Assembly: GCA_048882045.1 (NCBI GenBank)
Contig: JBHLRZ010000042.1
Coordinates: 1 to 19,879, forward strand
DNA length: 19,879 nt
Source of the DNA: Candidatus Thorarchaeota archaeon
GTDB taxonomy: Archaea; Asgardarchaeota; Thorarchaeia; Thorarchaeales; Thorarchaeaceae
Reading direction: 5' to 3'
Shown: positions 1 to 7,443 of the stretch, in pieces
Layout of the letters: each line of letters begins with the position of its first letter
Numbering within the stretch: the first letter of the stretch is position 1
Notes under the pieces: generated by a model
Seen by the model: only the letters and a program-made list of their open reading frames with translations
What the model was told of the DNA's origin: nothing
Database searches by the model: none
Translations under genes and position numbers: made by a program

Positions 1-1299
1 GAGCCTGTTCCTGGAGTGGGTCTTCTCGTCACTCTTACAGCCACTGAGACTGGCTCTGGTCTTATTGATATGGGGTATAATCTTGATGGGGGTCGTTGGA
101 TCCGTTATGGTGGTCCTGTTCTATTAGATCAAGAAGGAATTGTGACATTCAACTGTCGAGCACAAGACCTAGCAGGCAATCTCGTGATGCAGGAGGAGAT
201 TATTGATGTCGTCATCCCACCGGAAATACTTCCGCCAGAGCTAGTCTATACAGGAGATCTTACTGGTACATACTCTGATCCCGCCTATCTTGAGGCTAAA
301 CTTACCGACACCTTGACCGGACTCCCCATCGAAGGCCGGTTGCTAGTGTTCACCTTGGGTCCACTCACCTTTGATGCTGTTACAGATGCCAGCGGTATCG
401 CGTCCTATGTACTTTTGTTGGATTTGCCATCAGACACCTATTCTCTGACGATATCCTTCGCGGGAGATGATAGTTACACAGAAACATCAGTAACTCACGA
501 CTTCTTCGTAGCCAAAGAGTATGCTCATGCAGACTACACTGGTCGTACAGTCCTACCAACATCTGATGACAGTTTCACGCTGATGGCGACGATATTCGAT
601 GATGCTGATGGATACTGGGGGAACCTGACCCACATCTACGTGACTTTCTTGGTGTATTTTGACTCTGAGCTAGTTCTCGAAATAGGACCGGTCATGGTCG
701 AAACCACAGGAGTCGAAGGTGTCGGAATAGCGATAGCTGTTACCGAGAACTTGGATGAAGGAGATTACATCGTTGTGATTCATTTCGAGTCACTCGACAA
801 TAGCTACTACTGCGGTCCAGACACTGAGGCTGGGGTGACTATCTATGTCCCTGAACGAGAATTCGTCCATGGAGCAGGTTTCATCAGAGATGAGGATGGT
901 CACAGAGTCTTCTTTGTATTCCATGCCAAATACAGCTGTAAAGGGAGACTGAAGGGGTTCTTGCTTCTGACCTATCTAGAGGATGATTGGGTGTATGTAA
1001 TCCAGAGTACTGAGATTCTTGGTCTGAATGTCGATGGAAACCATGGAATCATTGAGGGTTCAGTCAGGATTGCTAAATTCAATCTGAAAACATTTGAGAA
1101 GGACTGCTCAAGAGAGGAGTTCAGTTTCAGGATAGATGCCTGGGACAACAAGAACTCTGACGAGTATGAAGATGACGTCTTTCAGATTCGTATTCATAAC
1201 TCGGTTGGTCTTGTTAAGTATGAGGTGGGCTTCGAACCCTTGGGTCTTTTAGTCCGGGGTAATATCAAGGTCAAGGAACACCCTCACAGGCATAAATAG
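1..1299 (+). CDS. 3' part of a secreted/surface protein with Ig-like beta-sandwich domains and a C-terminal beta-rich domain (post-COAP-1-like); 5' end is outside the window
   Basis: The frame is open from base 1 (GAG CCT GTT CCT GGA GTG...). The protein is acidic and Thr-rich, with Ig-like patterns (YNLDGGRW...AQDLAGN; AVTDASGIA; LTISFAGDDSY). The C-terminal pattern is GAGFI...FVFHAKY...DVFQIRI...GNIKV. Confidence 0.7.
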   Translation, partial: EPVPGVGLLVTLTATETGSGLIDMGYNLDGGRWIRYGGPVLLDQEGIVTFNCRAQDLAGNLVMQEEIIDVVIPPEILPPELVYTGDLTGTYSDPAYLEAKLTDTLTGLPIEGRLLVFTLGPLTFDAVTDASGIASYVLLLDLPSDTYSLTISFAGDDSYTETSVTHDFFVAKEYAHADYTGRTVLPTSDDSFTLMATIFDDADGYWGNLTHIYVTFLVYFDSELVLEIGPVMVETTGVEGVGIAIAVTENLDEGDYIVVIHFESLDNSYYCGPDTEAGVTIYVPEREFVHGAGFIRDEDGHRVFFVFHAKYSCKGRLKGFLLLTYLEDDWVYVIQSTEILGLNVDGNHGIIEGSVRIAKFNLKTFEKDCSREEFSFRIDAWDNKNSDEYEDDVFQIRIHNSVGLVKYEVGFEPLGLLVRGNIKVKEHPHRHK

Positions 1300-1304
1300 G
1301 ACCG

Positions 1305-3068
1305 TCAAGCAATTCCGGTGCTGTTTTCCAGTCTACCTCCTAGAAGTTCAAGAAACATAGTGTCCCGCTTCAGTGACTTCTCATTCTCCACCGTCTGATT
1401 ATACGCGATTGTGTAGAGTGTTTTCACATTACTCACATTGCTCCGTATTCGTCCAAGACTCTGCTCATATCTCTCAAGTGAGGCAGTAGTCCCATAGTAG
1501 AAACCTACATCTGCCTCTGGGAGGTCTGTTCCTTTCTCAATCAGCCTCTCTGAAGCAAAGAGGACGCTCTTCTTTCCTTCCTTGAAATCTTTAATCTGAC
1601 TGAACTGTGTGGCTCCATCCATCCCTCCATGCACAAAGGTTGCTGAAATCCCTTGGCTCTCAGCAATAGTCGTTAGATGTTTTGTGACCTCTACGAACCG
1701 ACACATGACTAGTGACTTCTTCCCTTCTTTGACCATCATGTCTAGCCAGAACAGGAGTCGTTTCTCTTTCTCGCTTCTGTACCCCTCAGTTGTGAGGTAC
1801 TCGTTCATCTTATCCTCCACTTCTCTCCTAATCCTACAGAAATCGTCGTTTGACATCAGAATCTTGTTCTCAATCCTGTTGATGAACTTGGATAGAGCTT
1901 GGAGGGTGCTTTCAAGTAACCGCTGTCTTGCGACGGTCATCAATAGATAAGCACTGGCGTGAGAAAGATATGCATGGTAACGCTCTTCATCGTTCCCAAG
2001 CTTCTCTAGAAGTGACTTCTGAAGTGCCTTCTTACCCAACAAGTCTGAAACAAAGAGGAGGATGCGGTCATTTGGGATTTGATGCTTGCCTATCAGTATC
2101 TTGTAAGCTTTGGATAGATGAGAGAACGATGCCTGTCGAACCTTGCCAATTGTTGAATCAATGTCCGAGATCCAGTTATCGAAGACACGAATCCGTTTCA
2201 GTTCATAGGCTGGTCTGTATGACTCGAAGTCATCCCCCACAGGATGAATCTCTGCAACTCTCTCTGCCCCCAGGATCGTCTTCAGGAGTTCAATCTTTGT
2301 TTCCTGTGAGATTGAGGCTGTGAGCCCAATGACCAGCTGTTCAGAGTTTGGATTCAGGATCCCTAACAGATTCAGGATCGGTTCAAACCTTTTGTTCAGC
2401 CTATAGTTCTTGGACTCAAACTCCCTGATCAGCTGCTCAGCAATACTGCTCTCAGAGAACTCCTTCTCGTTTGCATCTTCTCGCTTCTCGAGCTCCTCCT
2501 TCAGCTCTCTGACAATCTGTGAGAACTCCCTGCCGCTACCAAACCGTTTCTCGATATAATCGACAGTTTCCTCCCGTGGCCGTTTCACACCGTAGCTCTG
2601 TGCGAAGACATCAAAAATCTCGTCTATTATGACGACTTTCATTTTGTCCAAGGTTTCTCTGTCAATCCGAGGGGCTTTTCCGACTACTGCGTTCATGAGT
2701 AAGACAGGTGTAGCAAACATGAACTTGGAGAGTGCTGCATGTTTCCGAGTCATTTGGGGAGGAATGCCCATCTGCTCGTCAAGCAGATAGAGATGACCGT
2801 GCTTGGATAGACCGTACTGTGTCATCATATCGTGAAGCTGATGCTTGAGCTTGCGGTCCTGAACCAGGAACAGGACCTTCTCGTCATTATCAACAATTCC
2901 TCGTTCAATGAGTATCTCCACTATGAGAGAAGCTATCAGGGTCTTTCCCATTCCCGTAGGGAGCAGAACAAGAAACACACTCTTGTTCTCATTCTCTAGG
3001 TTGAAGATCACCTGGTCTCTAGCATTAATCTGGTACGATCGCGACTCAAATTGCGGCTTTTCACCCAT
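1305..3068 (-). CDS. Divergent SF2 helicase, Hef/FANCM(Mph1)-like, without an ERCC4 nuclease domain
   Basis: Q motif RSYQ, Walker A LPTGMGKT, Ib FATP, motif II DEIF, III GLTAS, VHGGM, V KGTDLPEAD, VI QSLGRIR. A helical insert lies between the RecA domains. The ORF track starts at TTG 3134; I prefer ATG 3068 because a TTATAAAG box ends 21 nt upstream of it. Confidence 0.8.
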   Translation of the reverse strand: MGEKPQFESRSYQINARDQVIFNLENENKSVFLVLLPTGMGKTLIASLIVEILIERGIVDNDEKVLFLVQDRKLKHQLHDMMTQYGLSKHGHLYLLDEQMGIPPQMTRKHAALSKFMFATPVLLMNAVVGKAPRIDRETLDKMKVVIIDEIFDVFAQSYGVKRPREETVDYIEKRFGSGREFSQIVRELKEELEKREDANEKEFSESSIAEQLIREFESKNYRLNKRFEPILNLLGILNPNSEQLVIGLTASISQETKIELLKTILGAERVAEIHPVGDDFESYRPAYELKRIRVFDNWISDIDSTIGKVRQASFSHLSKAYKILIGKHQIPNDRILLFVSDLLGKKALQKSLLEKLGNDEERYHAYLSHASAYLLMTVARQRLLESTLQALSKFINRIENKILMSNDDFCRIRREVEDKMNEYLTTEGYRSEKEKRLLFWLDMMVKEGKKSLVMCRFVEVTKHLTTIAESQGISATFVHGGMDGATQFSQIKDFKEGKKSVLFASERLIEKGTDLPEADVGFYYGTTASLERYEQSLGRIRSNVSNVKTLYTIAYNQTVENEKSLKRDTMFLELLGGRLENSTGIA

Positions 3069-3089
3069 AGGTTTGCCTGAGTTCATCTT

Positions 3090-3097
3090 CTTTATAA
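3090..3097 (-). promoter_or_regulatory. Putative TATA box of a leaderless helicase transcript
   Basis: The minus strand reads TTATAAAG, then 21 nt, then ATG GGT GAA at 3068, which matches archaeal TATA-to-start spacing. Confidence 0.45.
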
Positions 3098-3117
3098 GAT
3101 ATCGAAAATACGACTTT

Positions 3118-4344
3118 TCACCAGACCTGCTCAAGCACCCTCAGCGCGTTCCTCCCCGCTACCTTTGCTATCTCCTCATCGGAGTATCCATTCTTAACTA
3201 GCCAGCGAATCACGTTCTCCACTGCTTCAGTTGGATTTTCGAGACCCTGCACATGGGTTGGGAGCTCTGTGACAGTCAAATCCTCCTGCTGTCTTGGCCT
3301 AGGATAGTGCCCCATCCCGTCCTTCGTCATCCGCTCATCATAGAGCTTATAGAGTCCCACATGGTCTCCATAGAGTGAATCGGGCCCGCAGCCCACATGG
3401 TTGATTCCCATTAGCTCGATGCAGTATTCCATGTGTGCCATATAGGTGTCAATCGAAGGAACTGGATTATCATTCGTGGCTGTGTAACCTGGAGCGGCTT
3501 CAATCCCAATTACTCCATCAATCTCAGCCAATGCTTGAAGAACGTCATCAGGAACCATCCTTTTGATCGAATGAACCGTCTTGGAACCTGCATGAGAAAT
3601 GATGACCGGTTTCTCACTCGACTCAATCGTGTCTCTTGCTGTCTGGTCGCTGACGTGACTGACATCAATAAGCATCCCCAATTTGTTCATCCTGATGACA
3701 CAGTCATAGCCGAAGTCCGTGAGGCCCCCATCCTTCATTTCATCAAGGCCTGTTCCGAGCATGTTAGACTCGCTATACACCAGTCCCATCTGTCGAATTC
3801 CTAGTCCATAGAGGATGTCAATCCTGTCTATCTCGTTCTCTATACATGTCGAGGACTCAAGCACAGCCACCCAAGCCAGTTTCCCAGTTTCAAAAGCATA
3901 ATAGATGTCAGCAACACTCTTGCAATGGATTACATAGTCCTGATGCGCAATGTCGCACAGTCTCTGACCAAGATCATGAATTGTATCTGTCCATTTCCAT
4001 CCATGTTTGGATGTCGTGTTTGCTGAACCATCCATCAAATTGTCAAAGACACAATCCAGACCAGTTCTACTCAGAGCATCGTATGCAAGAAAGTCTCTCC
4101 CCTCTCTATTAAGTTCCAGAGAATCGCGTTGGTCTGCAGTATACAAGACTGGATGTTCATGAAGGTCGATGATGATGTTCTTCGAAATAATCTCCTCAAC
4201 ACGCTCTTCCTCAGCCTTCGAGAGGGGTACTTTGTACGCCCAGTCTTTCGGTGTTGCTTCCCTGAACTTGAACTCCTTATAGTCCACTCCAGATTCTAGA
4301 TATTGATAGGCTTTATAGCCCGAGTACTTCTTTCCTCTTCCCAT
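3118..4344 (-). CDS. Membrane (renal) dipeptidase family M19 amidohydrolase
   Basis: Motifs IIDLHEH, LESS, LYGLGIRQMGLVY, GGLTDFG, MNKLGMLIDVSH, PVIISHAG, HVGCGPD and KVAGRNALRV. Confidence 0.92.
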   Translation of the reverse strand: MGRGKKYSGYKAYQYLESGVDYKEFKFREATPKDWAYKVPLSKAEEERVEEIISKNIIIDLHEHPVLYTADQRDSLELNREGRDFLAYDALSRTGLDCVFDNLMDGSANTTSKHGWKWTDTIHDLGQRLCDIAHQDYVIHCKSVADIYYAFETGKLAWVAVLESSTCIENEIDRIDILYGLGIRQMGLVYSESNMLGTGLDEMKDGGLTDFGYDCVIRMNKLGMLIDVSHVSDQTARDTIESSEKPVIISHAGSKTVHSIKRMVPDDVLQALAEIDGVIGIEAAPGYTATNDNPVPSIDTYMAHMEYCIELMGINHVGCGPDSLYGDHVGLYKLYDERMTKDGMGHYPRPRQQEDLTVTELPTHVQGLENPTEAVENVIRWLVKNGYSDEEIAKVAGRNALRVLEQVW

Positions 4345-4357
4345 TGTTCACGCTTCC

Positions 4358-5101
4358 TTATTCCTTGAAGACCGTTCCCACAAGCTTGTCAAAATCAGCC
4401 GCAGGATAGGTGACACGGCTCTGAAGTATGCCCATGTCCACGAAACTCTCCGCCATTTTGATGGCTGCAGTGAGTGGATTGATCACGGGTATTCCAGCAT
4501 TCCACTTTGTGGTGGCTGTTCGAAACGCCATTGACATGCAGCCAAGAACAACAGAACCAGCTCCTTTCTCTTTAGCCTTATTGATTGCTCCAGTGGTTTG
4601 TTTGATTGTTGCAGTTGGATCATCGCCCCACATTTCAGTGATCGGCATCTCTACAAACTCCACTGATGCAAGTCTGCTATTGAGCCCCATCTCTCGAGTT
4701 CTTGCTACGAGATCATCTGCAACATCATGGCCTCCAGCCTGCTTGGGTGAAATCACACTGAAGCGGTCAGCGACCATGCAGGCCATGTGATACGCAGACT
4801 CTGCAGGACCTATGATTGGAACATCCATCAGCTCCCTTGCAGCACCTAGACCGGGGTCTCCTGCACATCCAATGATAATGGCATCGAACTTGTTTTCTTT
4901 CCTGAGTTCGAAGAGCCACTCAAGCATTGGTCCAATTGACATGTAAGCTTCTATCTCAGACTCTATCGAGAGCGGACCTTTGCCCACCTCTTCAACAGTC
5001 ACCTTGGTCCCATCTCGCGCTACCAAGTTTGTGATCTCCTCACGACGTTTGATCTCATCATCAGGCATTCCATCGCCTGGTATCAGATAGAGTAATTCCA
5101 C
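4358..5101 (-). CDS. Asp/Glu/hydantoin racemase family protein (hydantoin/allantoin racemase-like)
   Basis: Both catalytic Cys motifs are present (IIGCAGDPG, VLGCMSM), plus GPLSIES, ARELMDVPIIGPAES and PVINP. Start placed at GTG 5101, 6 nt after GGAAGGTG (track start 5122). Confidence 0.9.
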   Translation of the reverse strand: MELLYLIPGDGMPDDEIKRREEITNLVARDGTKVTVEEVGKGPLSIESEIEAYMSIGPMLEWLFELRKENKFDAIIIGCAGDPGLGAARELMDVPIIGPAESAYHMACMVADRFSVISPKQAGGHDVADDLVARTREMGLNSRLASVEFVEMPITEMWGDDPTATIKQTTGAINKAKEKGAGSVVLGCMSMAFRTATTKWNAGIPVINPLTAAIKMAESFVDMGILQSRVTYPAADFDKLVGTVFKE

Positions 5102-5139
5102 AGTGGACACCTTCCATAGCAACCACTACAATCCGCTAT

Positions 5140-5305
5140 TATACACTTTCGAGAGAGATAATTGTATCCTAATTTCAGAAGAATACAATCATAATAAGGG
5201 TAATAGAAACTTTATTTATCGAATAAAGGTCTATTATGGCTCAAAAATTTGTTAGATATGTTTATATCCTTTTAAAAGCGAAATAAGGCTCGAGTTAATT
5301 TTCTG
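5140..5305. promoter_or_regulatory. AT-rich divergent promoter region with several inverted repeats
   Basis: Inverted arms at 5161-5170/5180-5189 and 5201-5216/5222-5236, GATAT-N4-ATATC at 5255-5268, palindrome CTTTTAAAAG at 5269-5278, and TATA-like TTTATATC. Confidence 0.55.
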
Positions 5306-5388
5306 TACAGACTTCTCGCCTGAGTCCCTTCAAGATGCGGCGGCGTCCAAGGCACAAAAAACTCTGAATGTCATGTGAGGTGACATCA

Positions 5389-5448
5389 ATGGGTAAAGCC
5401 GACAAACAGAAGAAACAACAGAAGCCAAATCAGAAACCAAAGAAGTAA
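5389..5448 (+). CDS. Putative 19-aa Lys/Gln-rich micro-peptide MGKADKQKKQQKPNQKPKK (not in the ORF track)
   Basis: GAGGTGA lies 5 nt before ATG 5389, the TAA stop is at 5446-5448, and a pyrimidine/T tract follows immediately. Confidence 0.6.
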   Translation: MGKADKQKKQQKPNQKPKK

Positions 5449-5468
5449 CTTCTCTTTTCTGATTTCCT
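5449..5468 (+). terminator. Pyrimidine/U-rich archaeal terminator candidate
   Basis: CTTCTCTTTTCTGATTTCCT directly follows the micro-ORF stop. Confidence 0.4.
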
Positions 5469-5536
5469 AGATTAATAACTACGTTCATTCCTCGGGGAGG
5501 CAGTAGCCTCCCCAACTATTCGTCTATTAAGAAACC

Positions 5537-6037
5537 TCAATGGACTATCGTCTGTGTAGACTTTGAGATCTGCCTGCCAATCTGCCTGCCAATTTCTAAG
5601 AAGGTGTCTTCTACTCCTGAATCAAGAGGACCTTCTCTTCCTTGTACAATGGCTGACTCTCGAGGTCTGATGATACTCATCTTCATGCGCTTCATCCTCA
5701 CTTCGATGACTCTGGCTGCACTATTCTCAAGGCCAAATAACCCCCGCTTGTTCATTCTGGATTCATTACGTGTATCGAAAGCGAATCCTGACTTTCCTTC
5801 GAGATTGAAAGCTCTCAGTTTTTGAAGGAACGCCTTCATCGACTTGGAGGTCTTGAGAATGTGTGTCGGGCTACCGATTGCCACAAAGTCAAAGCCGCTG
5901 ATTTCGTTGATATTGAACTCATCAATGCTTTGGCAAGAGGTATCTACCCCAACTTCCCTAATTCCTTCGGCTAGACTCAAGGCAACAGTCTTTGTATTTC
6001 CGAAGAGTGAATCATAAAGGACAAGTGCTTTTTCCAA
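5537..6037 (-). CDS. Flavodoxin-like protein
   Basis: LVLYDSLFGNT phosphate loop, IGSPTH, FAFDTR, IVQGREGPL. TTG start with a GGAGGT SD overlapping the upstream stop. Confidence 0.88.
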   Translation of the reverse strand: MEKALVLYDSLFGNTKTVALSLAEGIREVGVDTSCQSIDEFNINEISGFDFVAIGSPTHILKTSKSMKAFLQKLRAFNLEGKSGFAFDTRNESRMNKRGLFGLENSAARVIEVRMKRMKMSIIRPRESAIVQGREGPLDSGVEDTFLEIGRQIGRQISKSTQTIVH

Positions 6038-6050
6038 CCCTGATTACCTC

Positions 6051-6521
6051 CTAATACTCTGGGTTTCGGAATATGCCTACGACTAGGCCGAGGAAAGTGC
6101 CCAATCCCACTCCAATTCCCATTCCCATATACATGACAATATCCATTCCAAACATGAGTCCAATTCCCAGACCTGTTGCGGTCATAAAGAAGACCCATTT
6201 TCCAATGTTACGTCCTTTCCTTAGTCTGTATGCTATCAGAACTCCAATACTTGCGGCACCAACAAGAGTCAAGGTACTAATGGGTACAAATGAACAATGT
6301 GAAACATAACCGATCAGGTTCATTTTTCCCGCTCCCCACTCCAAGAGTTCAGTTGGAATTACAGTCCACACTGCAGCAGCGTAACTTCCTACAATCAAGG
6401 CAGAAAGGAAAGCCCAGACCAATGTAAGTCCGATCACCCTGATGATCCTTCTTAGGACACTTGGTCTAGGGGTCACAACATCTGCTTGATTCTCAATCTG
6501 AATCGTATCTACTTTACTCAT
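6051..6521 (-). CDS. Small multi-pass membrane protein with a GYVSHCSFVPIST loop and Gly-zipper C-terminus
   Basis: About four hydrophobic segments, Gly-rich GLGIGLMFG...GMGIGVGLG, and a GGTGA SD 6 nt before the ATG. Confidence 0.7.
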   Translation of the reverse strand: MSKVDTIQIENQADVVTPRPSVLRRIIRVIGLTLVWAFLSALIVGSYAAAVWTVIPTELLEWGAGKMNLIGYVSHCSFVPISTLTLVGAASIGVLIAYRLRKGRNIGKWVFFMTATGLGIGLMFGMDIVMYMGMGIGVGLGTFLGLVVGIFRNPEY

Positions 6522-6545
6522 CGTATATCACCAACTCGTTCTAGT

Positions 6546-7229
6546 TTAATCATCATAGTGTCGTAGTCCCTTGTCTATAATGGTGAAGAACACATCGAGG
6601 TATTCCCTAGTTGATTCATCAGGTGAATCACTCATCCTACCTCGTGTGACCAGTGTTCGTATAGCCTGAGCGAATGTGCTCAGGACCATGATTACTGAGA
6701 AGGGTTCTACCTTGCTCTGGACTCCTGAACTCTTCAAAGTCTCAGTGATGACAGATGTCATTAGCTCCTCTATCAAAGCCATCTGCTTGTTGAACTCTCG
6801 TTCACTCTCAGTAAGTTCTTCATTAATTGCTATCTTCCTTCTAATGATCGAGGTAACCACACTCAAACGACCCACCTCGAAAAGTAGCGCGTCTTCAGGA
6901 TATTTCTCGAAAAAGATCACATAGGCTTCTCCCATCGACCGAAGTTCATACATCACATCTTCTCGTTTCAGATGCGTGTCCATGACTCGATACAGTTTCT
7001 CATATACTCCAGCAACAACAGCAACAAACAGGTCGTCTTTTGACTCGAAGTAGTTGTAGATTGTCACTTTGGTATATCCGACCTCGAGTGCAATCTTGTC
7101 CACCATTGCGTCATCATATCCATATTCGATGAAGAATCTCCTAGCCACATCGATAATGGCCTTTCGACGTTGTTGCCGTTCTCTCTCTAGGCGAACTGCT
7201 TTGGGAGAAGTCTTGTTTCGCTTGTTCAT
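6546..7229 (-). CDS. TetR/AcrR family transcriptional regulator
   Basis: N-terminal HTH IIDVARRFFIEYGYDDAMVDKIALEVGYTKVTIYNYFESKDDLF. Confidence 0.93.
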   Translation of the reverse strand: MNKRNKTSPKAVRLERERQQRRKAIIDVARRFFIEYGYDDAMVDKIALEVGYTKVTIYNYFESKDDLFVAVVAGVYEKLYRVMDTHLKREDVMYELRSMGEAYVIFFEKYPEDALLFEVGRLSVVTSIIRRKIAINEELTESEREFNKQMALIEELMTSVITETLKSSGVQSKVEPFSVIMVLSTFAQAIRTLVTRGRMSDSPDESTREYLDVFFTIIDKGLRHYDD

Positions 7230-7249
7230 CTGACCGCCTCACTAGATGA

Positions 7250-7288
7250 TTTTACTTAAGTTAAATAAGTTTTACTTAAGTAAATAAG
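7250..7288. promoter_or_regulatory. Tandem palindromic operator, likely the TetR autoregulatory site
   Basis: TTTACTTAAGTAAA at 7271-7284 is a perfect 14-bp palindrome. A second copy, TTTACTTAAGTTAA at 7251-7264, lies 20 bp away, just upstream of the TetR start. Confidence 0.75.
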
Positions 7289-7443
7289 ACTTACCTTGTA
7301 CGTAAAACAAGTGGGTGCGGTGATGACGAAGAAGACATTCTAGCTGGATACATACCAAGATGAGTCGGACAATTGGATCAATTTGTGGACCTAGATTTTG
7401 TTGCATATTAGCTGATGAGGAGCATAGGTTTGAGGTTACTTTT

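Noticed and set aside
5140-5305. Replication origin (AT-rich unwinding element)
   Set aside because: I saw no ORB-like repeats with G-strings, and there is no orc1/cdc6 gene in the window.
5330-5515. 61-aa minus-strand ORF
   Set aside because: It has no clear SD or motif and is antisense to the better-supported plus-strand micro-ORF.
7324-7416. ATG-started frame MTKKTF*LDTYQDESDNWINLWT*ILLHIS* as pyrrolysine read-through or a pseudogene
   Set aside because: It is very short, has two TAG codons, and shows no recognisable homology or convincing SD.
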